This document shows, piece after piece, positions 50,122 through 59,305 of a stretch of DNA of 64,000 bases. The first letter of the stretch is position 1; each line of letters starts with the position of its first letter. The position numbers were made by a program, and so were the translations under genes. Under the pieces are notes generated by a model. That model worked only from the letters and a program-made list of their open reading frames with translations. It searched no databases and was not told where the DNA came from. This stretch comes from Thermodesulfobacteriota bacterium (GTDB lineage Bacteria; Desulfobacterota; Binatia; Bin18): positions 4,032,001 through 4,096,000 of the forward strand of contig OZ219926.1 in assembly GCA_964291405.2 (NCBI GenBank), given 5' to 3'.

Positions 50122-50615
50122 ACCCCTTCGTGCCGAAGTAACCAGTGTTTGCGTTCCAGACCCCCCGCGTAGCCGGTAAGTGCGCCGTTGGCACCAATGA
50201 GACGATGGCAGGGCAGAACAATGGAGATCGGGTTAAGGGCATTTGCCCTGCCGACGGCGCGCCAGGCGTTTGGCCTGCCTATCTGTTCGGCCACGTCACG
50301 GTAGGTTCGTGTGGTTCCCGGCGGAATAATCCGTAGCGCCTCCCAGACCGTTTGCTGAAACGCGGTCCCGCCGGGGTCCACCTGAATGTTATTGATCGCG
50401 TCGAGTTCTCCTCCGAGATAGGCCCTGAGCTGTTGTGTCACGCCGAGAGGTTTGGAGGCTGCACATAACCGGAACTGGTGATAGCGCCGTTGTAACAACC
50501 GGGTCATCCGCTTATGGCTGTCTGCATAGTCAAGCGCGCACAACCGATCTGCGTCAAATACGAGCACAAGGCGACCGATGGGTGACCCTAGGGTGTCGGT
50601 GAGTAAGGCCATCAT
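50118..50615 (-). CDS. ogt: methylated-DNA--protein-cysteine methyltransferase
   Basis: GTAFQQTVW, RAVGRAN, active-site PCHR, GYAGG. Confidence 0.92.
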   Translation of the reverse strand: MMALLTDTLGSPIGRLVLVFDADRLCALDYADSHKRMTRLLQRRYHQFRLCAASKPLGVTQQLRAYLGGELDAINNIQVDPGGTAFQQTVWEALRIIPPGTTRTYRDVAEQIGRPNAWRAVGRANALNPISIVLPCHRLIGANGALTGYAGGLERKHWLLRHEGV

Positions 50616-50833
50616 ACTGACTCCTACTTGAGCACCGCGCGCCTCGAATTACAGCCAGCCGCTACGCGGTGGCTTGATATTATTGAGCCAATAATTGCCA
50701 ATTATCGAAGGCGGCGGAGTAGCACTCATAATTCCCCCTTGGATTGAGACGTTTCACATCCTCATGAAGGGTGTTACTCAGGAGTAACCCGGTCGAATAT
50801 CTCTTGTCTATACTCAGCCAAGGAGGATCACCA

Positions 50834-51760
50834 ATGGCAGAGCAGGCCCGCGTCGACTTCACGTGGGGGCACGCCAATCAAGGTGGCCAGCATGACTGGC
50901 CCTTTGTAATGGCGCTCCGAAAGGGATTTTTCTTAGAAGAGGGGATTAATCTCCACATCCGGGTTGTCCCCGGCGGAGACGCGTTGGCGCAGGCGATGGG
51001 GCGCGGAGAAATTCAAGTCGGCAGGATGGGGAGTCCGCCTTTTTTGACGGCGGTTGGCAATGGGGTGCTCCCAGGCAAGATTATTGCCAGTAGCGTGATC
51101 GGGAATCTCGATCACTTCTTGTTTGTTGTCCGCCCGGAAATCCAGGAGTTGGCCGAACTGCGGGGGAAGACCGTCGGCGTGTTATCCCGCGGGAGCTGCG
51201 ACGGGCATCTCTTGAAGCTGGAGCTGAAGAAGGCTGGCCTTGATCCCGAGCGAGACGTTGCCTACCGGGAGCTGTGGCAAGACTATAATAAGATTGATGG
51301 TCTCGCTTCCGGGGAGTTATGCGCCCAACTGATCGTAGAGCCCTGGGTCTCTTTGGGCGAGCGGCAAGGAGCGCTGCGGGTGGTGGAGCCAGCCAGTCGG
51401 GTTGAACCCCATTTTCAATGGGGACTTTTGGTGGCGCGCGAGGATTTTATTGTAGAACAACCAAGGTTGCTGCAGAAATTGTTACAGGGATACCTGAAAG
51501 GCGCCCAATACTGTACCGCCCATCCTGAAGAAACCAAAGCCATGGTCTGCGAGTATATGCCAGGGTACGAGCCTGCCACTGTTGAGCAAGCGTTGACGCG
51601 GACTTTACCGATTTGGAACACGACGGGCCTGATTGATATGGACGGCTTGGCGGTAGCGGTAGAGACGATGTGCACCTTAGGGGCAATCCCTCAGAAACTG
51701 AAACCTGAAGCGCTGGTTGACTTGCGCGGTTTGTCTCAGGGCGCCGGCAACGGAATTTAG
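50834..51760 (+). CDS. SsuA/NMT1/THI5-fold substrate-binding-like protein without a signal peptide
   Basis: KGFFLEEGI, LRGKTVGV..RGS, GLDPERDV, EPW; AGGAGG before ATG; polar N-terminus. Confidence 0.8.
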   Translation: MAEQARVDFTWGHANQGGQHDWPFVMALRKGFFLEEGINLHIRVVPGGDALAQAMGRGEIQVGRMGSPPFLTAVGNGVLPGKIIASSVIGNLDHFLFVVRPEIQELAELRGKTVGVLSRGSCDGHLLKLELKKAGLDPERDVAYRELWQDYNKIDGLASGELCAQLIVEPWVSLGERQGALRVVEPASRVEPHFQWGLLVAREDFIVEQPRLLQKLLQGYLKGAQYCTAHPEETKAMVCEYMPGYEPATVEQALTRTLPIWNTTGLIDMDGLAVAVETMCTLGAIPQKLKPEALVDLRGLSQGAGNGI

Positions 51761-51769
51761 GGCGAGCGA

Positions 51770-52978
51770 GTGGGCAGAGTAGGGCACTATGGAGAACGGG
51801 TACAGACTACCCGGGGACCGTTCGATCCGGGCGGGCAGCCCACGATCGATAGTCCGCATCCACTCTTACTGGGTCTCTTTGCCTGGAACCTGACCGGTGG
51901 GGCGACCATCTCCAAAGCCGTGCTTGACGACCCGGACCGGTATCAAAACTTCTGGCACTGGGATACGGCCCAGTATCTGATCCAGTTCGCCGAGCGGATG
52001 GGCCTCGAATTTCAGGTCCCGTTTGGCCGCTGGCTCGGGCACGGCGGGGAGACTCGCTTTAACGAAGACTCGCTCGATTTCCTGACGACGGCCGCCGCGC
52101 TGGCTCCGCTGACACGCCGGATTCTGCTCTTTTCCACGGCCCACGTGTCATACGGATTTCACCCGCTACACTTCGCCAAATTCGGGGCCACGATCGACTA
52201 TCTCTCGCAGGGCCGTTGGGGCCTGAATGTCGTGACGGGCTGGATCGAAGACGAGCAGGCCTTGTTCGGACAAACCTTTCCCGACCACGATTTGCGCTAC
52301 GAAATGGCGGACGAGTTTGTCACCCTCATGAAGTGGGCCTGGTCGAGTCAGGAGCCTGTCACCTACGAAGGGGAGTTCTACAAATCCTATGGGGCCTATG
52401 TGAGTCCAAAACCCGTCCGTAAGCCGCGGCCGTATCTGGTCAATGCCGGGTCCTCACCTGCCGGCATCGAGTTTACAGCCAAACACTGTGAATGGTTGTT
52501 CTGCTCCGGAGACATCGAGAAGATGAAACTGGCGGCTGATACCGTGGTCGACCGCGCGGCGGAATATGGCCGCCATGTCGATCCTGTGACATTTGCTTAT
52601 ATCATTCTTGAGAGAACTGACGCCAAGGCGGAAGCCGTCTACAATCGCCTGGTCGAAGAGATTGACGAAGACGCGACAGATACCTTTGTGGAGCGTGCTA
52701 CGGCACGACCGATCTCCTTCGCGCCAGATCGGAAACGCGACACCACGAAACGTATGCGGGAACAGATTGGCGAAGACGCCTACCGTGAGATCGCACTGGG
52801 TCTGACGGGGTATCAGATCTGTGGCGGCCCGCAAACGGTGGCAGAGCAACTCCGCGCGATCCACGAGCAGGCCGGACAACGCGGAGTATTGCTATCCTTT
52901 TTCGATCCGATCAAAGGGTTGCATATGTGCCATGATGAAGTGTTGCCCCTCCTGCGTAAAATGGGGCTCCGCAAGTAG
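51770..52978 (+). CDS. LLM class flavin-dependent monooxygenase (RutA/SfnG-like), copy 2
   Basis: Colinear and highly similar to 37501..38706. Confidence 0.9.
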   Translation: MGRVGHYGERVQTTRGPFDPGGQPTIDSPHPLLLGLFAWNLTGGATISKAVLDDPDRYQNFWHWDTAQYLIQFAERMGLEFQVPFGRWLGHGGETRFNEDSLDFLTTAAALAPLTRRILLFSTAHVSYGFHPLHFAKFGATIDYLSQGRWGLNVVTGWIEDEQALFGQTFPDHDLRYEMADEFVTLMKWAWSSQEPVTYEGEFYKSYGAYVSPKPVRKPRPYLVNAGSSPAGIEFTAKHCEWLFCSGDIEKMKLAADTVVDRAAEYGRHVDPVTFAYIILERTDAKAEAVYNRLVEEIDEDATDTFVERATARPISFAPDRKRDTTKRMREQIGEDAYREIALGLTGYQICGGPQTVAEQLRAIHEQAGQRGVLLSFFDPIKGLHMCHDEVLPLLRKMGLRK

Positions 52979-53032
52979 GGACTCCTGGGAAGCGTCGTTG
53001 CAGCAGACCGACTGGAGCAGGTCTGCCCAACA

Positions 53033-53887
53033 TTAGCTCTGCGCTTCCACCAGGGCTGCGTCGTCAAAATTCACCAGACCCAGACGTCCACCAAAGACGG
53101 ACGGATGAGGATGATAGGAGCGGTAGCCCAGGAGGTGCTGGGCCTGTTCGGGCAGTTGGCGGGCGACTTCCAAAGGAACGGCCAGAGAATGGTGCTCCTC
53201 CGGGCGTAGCCAGCCAAGAACAAAGCTGACGTGCATCCCGCGCCGCCACGTGTCTGGCGTGCGGTTTGCCCCAGCTCCGTGAATGACCTTTCCCGTGTAG
53301 AGCAGGACAGAGCCGGCCGGCATGACTGACTGGGTCAGTTCTTCGGGGCGAGCCTCGCGCTCCGGATCCTGCCAGCGATGGCTGCCCGGCGCGACGAGCG
53401 TGGCACCGTTCTCTTCGGTGAAGTCGTTCAGGGCAAACAGCGAGCTAACCGTGAGTTCCGGGCCGGACCAGGGAAAATGGGGCCAGTTGGCCTCATCGCG
53501 ATGCAACATCTGGGCTGGTTCTCCCCCACCAATGATCATGGTCTGGGAGGTATTTAGCCAATATGAGCCGCAATTGGGCAAAAGATAATGATCTGCAAAC
53601 GCTTTGAGCGTAGGGTGGAGGAGGACCTCAATAAACGTCCGTGACTTCGCGGCCAGACCGCAAAAACGGATCGTTTTCTGGCCATGAAAGACTTGCCAGA
53701 GTTCTTCGTCGCTACGACTGCCGGGCGGGTGGGTGGCGATATAGCCGTCGAGTTCGGTATTGAGCCGTCTTACCAGGTCGGGCTCAAGCAGGTTTTCGAT
53801 AATTACCCCGCCGTCCCGCTCGATCACGGACAGGTACTCTTCTGCGTTGACGTCAGGCCCCACAGTCGTGAGTGTAACTTTGCTCAT
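53033..53887 (-). CDS. phytanoyl-CoA dioxygenase (PhyH) family Fe/2OG oxygenase
   Basis: HRD...HGAGAN facial triad; FTEENGAT, PGSH. Confidence 0.9.
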   Translation of the reverse strand: MSKVTLTTVGPDVNAEEYLSVIERDGGVIIENLLEPDLVRRLNTELDGYIATHPPGSRSDEELWQVFHGQKTIRFCGLAAKSRTFIEVLLHPTLKAFADHYLLPNCGSYWLNTSQTMIIGGGEPAQMLHRDEANWPHFPWSGPELTVSSLFALNDFTEENGATLVAPGSHRWQDPEREARPEELTQSVMPAGSVLLYTGKVIHGAGANRTPDTWRRGMHVSFVLGWLRPEEHHSLAVPLEVARQLPEQAQHLLGYRSYHPHPSVFGGRLGLVNFDDAALVEAQS

Positions 53888-53957
53888 ATGCTCTCCTTTG
53901 ATACTGCCCTGTCCCGGTTTGCATACCGCTCTTCACCGGTTCTTTCCAGCCGCCGTC

Positions 53958-54422
53958 TTATCTCCTGACCCTGACGACTCTGCCCCCGTTGGCCCGGAGG
54001 AGCGCCTGGGGCGAGACGCGGACCAAGGCGGTTTCCGATCCGCCGCCGGTATACACTTCATCTTTCTGCATGACCCGAGGATCAATAAGAAAGGTTGCGG
54101 CAAACCCAAACGACGGTGTCCCACCGCACGGATAGCCCGTTTTGGTCAGCATTTCATCCGGCGTCATGGTTCTCACCCGCTCGGTCTGGAGCACCTTGGC
54201 AACCCGTGAGGTGCTGGCTCGATCTTCGCCCTTGACAATGGCGACAATCACCTGGCCCTGAGTGTCCGTCATGCAGATGTTCTTGACAAAATTTTCCGGC
54301 CTCGTGCCGACCACCGCGGCCGCTTCGGCCACCGAGTGACACGACTGCTCGAAGGATAAATGTTCCGCCTCAATACTACCGGCAGCAATAAACTGCTTGA
54401 GCTTGTCTTCATAGGCGTTCAT
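53958..54422 (-). CDS. YbaK/EbsC family aminoacyl-tRNA editing protein
   Basis: HSVAEAA, VKNI, TGYPCGGTPSFG, GGGS; start uncertain. Confidence 0.85.
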   Translation of the reverse strand: MNAYEDKLKQFIAAGSIEAEHLSFEQSCHSVAEAAAVVGTRPENFVKNICMTDTQGQVIVAIVKGEDRASTSRVAKVLQTERVRTMTPDEMLTKTGYPCGGTPSFGFAATFLIDPRVMQKDEVYTGGGSETALVRVSPQALLRANGGRVVRVRR

Positions 54423-54550
54423 AGCTACTGATTCATATACCATCTTCTGCGCCATTCTCCCACATGGATAAGAAAAAGACTTCGGTCTGCCGCTTGCACC
54501 TCGTCCGGCCCTCGTGCTAGGTGGCGAGAAAACACTGCGTGAGGTCGGCC

Positions 54551-55477
54551 ATGACAAAGCGAGTGCTGTACGTGAACCCCATTTACCTCGATGCCAATCC
54601 CGCCATAGACGCGCTCGCCTACGGGTTGCAGTCGGTCCTGCACGCGGCGGATATTCAGATGCCGGTGCTGTTTGCCGATTTTCGCGAACCGGGCATGCGA
54701 AGAAAGTATGAAGCCGCGATCGAGGAAGGAATACGTGCCCAAGTCGAGGGCATCGTGATTTATGCCCTCAATCCGACGCTGTTTGGCGAGGCCGTGGCCA
54801 AGGCCCGCTCTGCCGGCATTCCGGTTTTTTCGTTTATTCGACCGCGCTACGCCGTCAATGCGTCAGTGGTCTTTCCAAATTTCAACCACGGCGTGTTCAT
54901 GGCTGAATACCTGGCCTCGGTTTTACCGGCGGACAGTGGGGTGGGGGTGATCGGAGGACCGGATACGGTGGACGATGCAGAAGAAGTGGCCGGTCTGGTC
55001 TACGCTCTGAAACGCAGCCACTGTCGCTTGCTGAACGACCCTGAGGATACACAGTATTGCAACGTTCAAGATGTCTCGGAAGGCGCGCGCGAGCCAACTC
55101 TCCTCCTCTTGGACAACATTCCACAGTCTCAACTTCAGGGGCTCATTCCCTATAATGACGAGACCATGCTGGGCTGCCTGAGCGTGCTCGAAGAAACGGG
55201 AAGGCTGGGCGACCTCAAAATCATCTCCCGCAATGGTTCACCCCAAGCGGTTGAGATGGTCCGGACCGGGAAAACGCTCGGGACCTGGGACCTGGATGCA
55301 TCGGGCATAGGCACGACGTTGGGGGAGTTGGTTGTTCGTCATCTGGTGGGTGGAGAAGTGCTCGAAGATTATCTGAGCATGAGCCCGGTTGGCCGGATGA
55401 TCACCCTGGACAATATTGAAAGCTGGAAGCCTTGGTCAGAGCGGGTGGACTGCACGCCGCTATCAGTCGGGCTCTAA
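54551..55477 (+). CDS. RbsB-like (type I periplasmic-binding fold) protein without a signal peptide, paralog A
   Basis: VEGIVI, ARSAGIPVF, NDETM, SRNGSP. Confidence 0.8.
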   Translation: MTKRVLYVNPIYLDANPAIDALAYGLQSVLHAADIQMPVLFADFREPGMRRKYEAAIEEGIRAQVEGIVIYALNPTLFGEAVAKARSAGIPVFSFIRPRYAVNASVVFPNFNHGVFMAEYLASVLPADSGVGVIGGPDTVDDAEEVAGLVYALKRSHCRLLNDPEDTQYCNVQDVSEGAREPTLLLLDNIPQSQLQGLIPYNDETMLGCLSVLEETGRLGDLKIISRNGSPQAVEMVRTGKTLGTWDLDASGIGTTLGELVVRHLVGGEVLEDYLSMSPVGRMITLDNIESWKPWSERVDCTPLSVGL

Positions 55478-55490
55478 AGCGGAGGACGAG

Positions 55491-56408
55491 GTGCGTGTAC
55501 TCTACGTGAATGTGATGGAATACGGGGCACATCCGGGTCTTGATGCCCTTGCCCATGGACTTGACCACCGGTTGCAGCAGTCGGAGATTGAACTGCGAAC
55601 GCTGACGGTCGATGTGCGCCGACCGGATTGGATAGCCGGGCAGGACCAGGCGATTCGGCGCGGTATGCAGGCCGGGGTGGACGGGATCGTTGTTTATGTC
55701 CTCGACCCCGTACAGCCTGCCGAGGCGGTCGAGGCGGCCCGCCAACGGGGGATTCCGGTCTTCTCGTTTGAGCGCCCGCGCTTTCCGGTCGCCGCGTCGT
55801 TGGTCTACCCGAATTTTAATCACGGCGTGTATATGGCTGAGTATCTGGCCTCGCTCCTGCCCGTCGGGGCGAGGCTGGCGATCATCGGGGGGCCGGAAGT
55901 CATTGACGATATCGAGCTTGTCACTGGCATCGTGCACGGTGTTAGACAGAGTGGATTCACCCTGGTCAACAATCCGTTTGAGGAACGCTATCGGAATTTA
56001 CAAGATGTTGCCGCGGGCGGTAGGGAGGCCGCGCAACGTCTACTGGCCGATTTTACCGACTTGGCTGGTCTGATTCCGTTCAACGACGAAACCATGCTGG
56101 GAACCCTTGATGCGATTGAGGCGGTCGGTCGCTCCGGTGAGATGAAAATGGTCTCGCGCAACGGCAGTCCAAAGGCCGTCGAAGCCGTCCTGGCCGGAAG
56201 GTCTCACGGAACCTGGGATATCGAGATCACCAATATCGGGGCAGCGGTCGGCGATCTGGTCGCGCGGGTACTAGTTGACGGCGAAGACCTGCACGGCGAG
56301 TCTTTTATCGCCGGTCTGGGACGGCTTATCACGCCCGAGAACGCCCATACGTACAAGCCCTGGACGGAGCGGGTGTCGCATACACCACTGCGGGAGGGGC
56401 TGGAGTAG
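55491..56408 (+). CDS. RbsB-like (type I periplasmic-binding fold) protein without a signal peptide, paralog B
   Basis: GGAGG before GTG 55491; VDGIVV, ARQRGIPVF, NDETM, SRNGSP. Confidence 0.8.
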   Translation: MRVLYVNVMEYGAHPGLDALAHGLDHRLQQSEIELRTLTVDVRRPDWIAGQDQAIRRGMQAGVDGIVVYVLDPVQPAEAVEAARQRGIPVFSFERPRFPVAASLVYPNFNHGVYMAEYLASLLPVGARLAIIGGPEVIDDIELVTGIVHGVRQSGFTLVNNPFEERYRNLQDVAAGGREAAQRLLADFTDLAGLIPFNDETMLGTLDAIEAVGRSGEMKMVSRNGSPKAVEAVLAGRSHGTWDIEITNIGAAVGDLVARVLVDGEDLHGESFIAGLGRLITPENAHTYKPWTERVSHTPLREGLE

Positions 56409-56458
56409 GAGCAGTGCTTTTCCCTCGCCCGTTGAGGGCGAGGGACATACCAAGGGGT

Positions 56459-56938
56459 CTACGCCGCCAACGGCGGATTGTCCAAGAGACGCTCAATCGG
56501 CTCGACCGAGCTGTCCGGCTGACCTTCAATCTCACGCACGGTGAACTCCAACAAGGCACGCTCGTGTCGAGTAATATGCTGTGCGATGGCCAGCCCATCG
56601 GACGGAGCCGTTTTCTCGTGCTTTTCAAAGTAACGGATGTACTTCTCAAGCTCGGGTTTCAGCTTATCCATCGCCTCGGACCAGGGCAGTTTGGCAAACC
56701 GCTCGCCCCAGGATTTTCCCTCGGCACGTTTTTCAGGGTCCTCCTCGACCGATTCGCCGAGGGCTTCGAGCGCAGCCCGAATGCGGCCTTTGGTCTCGCG
56801 TTCGAGCTGTTCCACAAAACGCCACTTCTGGCTGTGAACGGGGTCTTGCACCGCTTCTGCGAGTGCGACTCCAAGGGCTTCGCCCATCACTTCACCCTGA
56901 AAACATTCGTGCAGATACGCTACAAATTGATCGCTCAT
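56459..56938 (-). CDS. hypothetical all-helical protein, possibly ferritin-like
   Basis: AGGAGGAAGG before ATG; acidic helices with QGE..GE, LERE and RHE motifs. Confidence 0.7.
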   Translation of the reverse strand: MSDQFVAYLHECFQGEVMGEALGVALAEAVQDPVHSQKWRFVEQLERETKGRIRAALEALGESVEEDPEKRAEGKSWGERFAKLPWSEAMDKLKPELEKYIRYFEKHEKTAPSDGLAIAQHITRHERALLEFTVREIEGQPDSSVEPIERLLDNPPLAA

Positions 56939-56950
56939 GGTCCTTCCTCC

Positions 56951-57364
56951 TTACTTTGCCGTACAATCCGACACAATGACAAACTTCTTAAAGGCGCTAT
57001 GAAAATTCCACTGCGAGCGGGTGCCTTTCACAAAGGAGGCAAAGTCGCCGACCTTGAGAGACACTTCCTCGCCCGTATCGAGCAGGGTGATCGTAACCGA
57101 GCCTTCTACCACAAGGAAGGTCTCATCTCCGCCTGGGAAGGTGTATTCGGGCGAGAGGCCAGCCTCCGTTTTCCACAGACCGACCGCCAGGGTGCTATTG
57201 CCGTCATGACCGGTTTCGCGAATCAATTGGATCTCGCCGAATGTCTCCGGTTTTCCGTCCGGGCCGGGGTACTCGAACGGAACATATTCTCCCCCATCAA
57301 GCGTCCCGGTATAAAAAGCCTGGAGCTGGCTGGTGAACGATTCTTTCAGCTGTGCTACTGCCAT
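56951..57364 (-). CDS. cupin domain protein (Cupin_3/EutQ-like)
   Basis: GLWK, DETFLVVEGSVTI, GDFASFVKG..SQW; GAGGAGG RBS. Confidence 0.85.
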   Translation of the reverse strand: MAVAQLKESFTSQLQAFYTGTLDGGEYVPFEYPGPDGKPETFGEIQLIRETGHDGNSTLAVGLWKTEAGLSPEYTFPGGDETFLVVEGSVTITLLDTGEEVSLKVGDFASFVKGTRSQWNFHSAFKKFVIVSDCTAK

Positions 57365-57411
57365 ACCCGCCCTCCTCAATCAAAGGCCAATAATCCCATT
57401 CGACGACGTAC

Positions 57412-57432
57412 CCTGAGAGAAATTCTCTCAGG
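57412..57432. promoter_or_regulatory. inverted repeat (operator or terminator) upstream of the cupin gene
   Basis: CCTGAGAGA-AAT-TCTCTCAGG. Confidence 0.4.
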
Positions 57433-57510
57433 CGGTCGGGAGGGACCTCCTCATCTTTGCACATGTCATAGATAGCCTCCAGGGCGTGTAAACTCGCGAG
57501 TGAAGCGGCG

Positions 57511-58656
57511 TCAGCCGCGCGGCAGTGGGACCCCGGCGGTCGTCAGCACCATCCGTACGAGGTCAGCCTGGCGGGAGATGCCCAGCTTGGCGTGGATTTG
57601 CCTGACATGCCAACGGACCGCCGCTTGCGTCCGATATGTCGTTACGGCGATGTCCTGTACACTGTGGCCCTTGGCCAAGGCAACCGCCACTTGGCTTTCG
57701 GCGCGAGTGAGGCCGAGGGGCGCAGCCACCTGCATGGGATTAATATGAGGCGGTTGCGCGGGATTGACGAGCAGCACCAGCGCGGCCACGCGCTGGGCGC
57801 CAAAGTCTGCCCGAAGGCTGACCGGGTTGATATGCAGGGTGAGCGGTGGCCGACCGGGAGCCAGCCTCATCGTCATGGACCCGCTTACGGCGGCCCGGCC
57901 CCATTGTGGCAGAGCGCGGCCGATGAGTCGCTGGAGCTTGGCGTCGTCGGTCGGGCATCGGGCGTGCAGGGCGCCGCCCCGACCTACTACGCCGTCGCCG
58001 TACCGCAGCATGCCCAGGCCGCGGGCATTGGCCTCGACAATCGTTCCGCGGCGGTCGAGGTAGAGCACGCCGATCATGGCGTTATCAAGCAGGTGGGTCA
58101 GCGAGGTGCAGAGCGCCTCGGCAGCGGCGAGAGCCTGCCGGACCCGGACGAACTGGCGAATATGAGGGAGAAGCTGTTTTATCAACGCGAGCTGCGCGGA
58201 GCCCCAGCCCAGCGGGTCATCGGGGTCTGCCAACGCCCAGATAATGTGTAAGCCATCCGGGCCGTCCAGGCGTACGTTCAAACCGTTGCGAGCGCTGACC
58301 TTTGGTAACCCTTCATTATACGTCAGGGAAGTCCATTGTTCCTGTTCGGTGAAGACATCGGTGAGGTGAAACACCTGGCCGTCCGGCAGGCGGAACAAAC
58401 GGGGAAAGCGTTCGTCGCGGGGGAAGTAGATGGTGGGGTATTCTCGCCCGAGTTCGAGGAATTCACCGTGGTGATAGACATCCCCGAAGAGGAATTCGGC
58501 GCCATCCTGAGCATGCTCTTGCAGGATCGTCAGATGACTCCCGATCATCCCGACCGCGTCATCAATAAGGGCCGACGTGCTGGGCCACAAGGTGTCGTCT
58601 AGCGCGGCGTCGTGCAGGGCCGCGACGATGCGGTCGAAGTTGTCCTGTTGGCTCAT
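57511..58656 (-). CDS. PAS-containing LuxR-type HTH transcriptional regulator
   Basis: LDRRGTIVEANA (PAS); GLTRAESQVA...IHAKLGISRQADLV (LuxR HTH). Confidence 0.88.
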   Translation of the reverse strand: MSQQDNFDRIVAALHDAALDDTLWPSTSALIDDAVGMIGSHLTILQEHAQDGAEFLFGDVYHHGEFLELGREYPTIYFPRDERFPRLFRLPDGQVFHLTDVFTEQEQWTSLTYNEGLPKVSARNGLNVRLDGPDGLHIIWALADPDDPLGWGSAQLALIKQLLPHIRQFVRVRQALAAAEALCTSLTHLLDNAMIGVLYLDRRGTIVEANARGLGMLRYGDGVVGRGGALHARCPTDDAKLQRLIGRALPQWGRAAVSGSMTMRLAPGRPPLTLHINPVSLRADFGAQRVAALVLLVNPAQPPHINPMQVAAPLGLTRAESQVAVALAKGHSVQDIAVTTYRTQAAVRWHVRQIHAKLGISRQADLVRMVLTTAGVPLPRG

Positions 58657-58678
58657 GGTTGCGCTAATGTGTCTCTGA

Positions 58679-59305
58679 CTATGAAGAAACGAACTCAATC
58701 CTGAGTGGCGTACATTGCGCCCCATTAGGTTGCTGGCCGTCAATTTCTATATCGTACGGACACGCCGAGACCGCGACCAGGCAATCCATCAGCGCTTTCA
58801 GGGCAACGTATTCGCCCGCCTGGGTTGCCGCGGGACGCGCGTCGATGGTGCCGTCGGAGCGGACCCGCGTATATTGGAACAGGTTGATGGGGTCGGGCAC
58901 GTCGAGATAGCCCAGCCTGTACGGCTCCACCGCCTCGGTGAGATTGTCCCGACAATTGCGATGGTTGAGGGCGCCGGCGGCCGCATAGAGAGCGCTGCTG
59001 CACGGAGCAAACAGGGCGTCGTGCACGCCGTGGGCCTTATCCTCGACAATCTCGAACATGGGGTGCTGAAGATTTGAGTAGAACCTGCTGCCAACCGTGA
59101 AATGCAGGGAACCGCTCCCGGTCAAGGTATTGAAATTCACGGTTTCACCGGTAGACAGTTTTTCCGCCAGATGATGCAGGTGAAAGCAGACGAAGTCGCA
59201 GATCTGCTGGCCTTCCACATCAACGATGCGAATCGTTTCTCCTTGCCGAACCGCACAGGCTGCACCCTGGGTTGCCGGAACATGCACGTCTCGTTTGTCA
59301 GCCAT
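58679..59305 (-). CDS. DUF1989 / urea carboxylase-associated family protein
   Basis: DVEGQQICD, HDALFAPC, NCRDNL, PINLF, SACP. Confidence 0.88.
   Translation of the reverse strand: MADKRDVHVPATQGAACAVRQGETIRIVDVEGQQICDFVCFHLHHLAEKLSTGETVNFNTLTGSGSLHFTVGSRFYSNLQHPMFEIVEDKAHGVHDALFAPCSSALYAAAGALNHRNCRDNLTEAVEPYRLGYLDVPDPINLFQYTRVRSDGTIDARPAATQAGEYVALKALMDCLVAVSACPYDIEIDGQQPNGAQCTPLRIEFVSS

Noticed and set aside
56414-57475. 353-aa plus-strand ORF
   Set aside because: Antisense to two minus-strand genes with good RBS and motifs; no family features.
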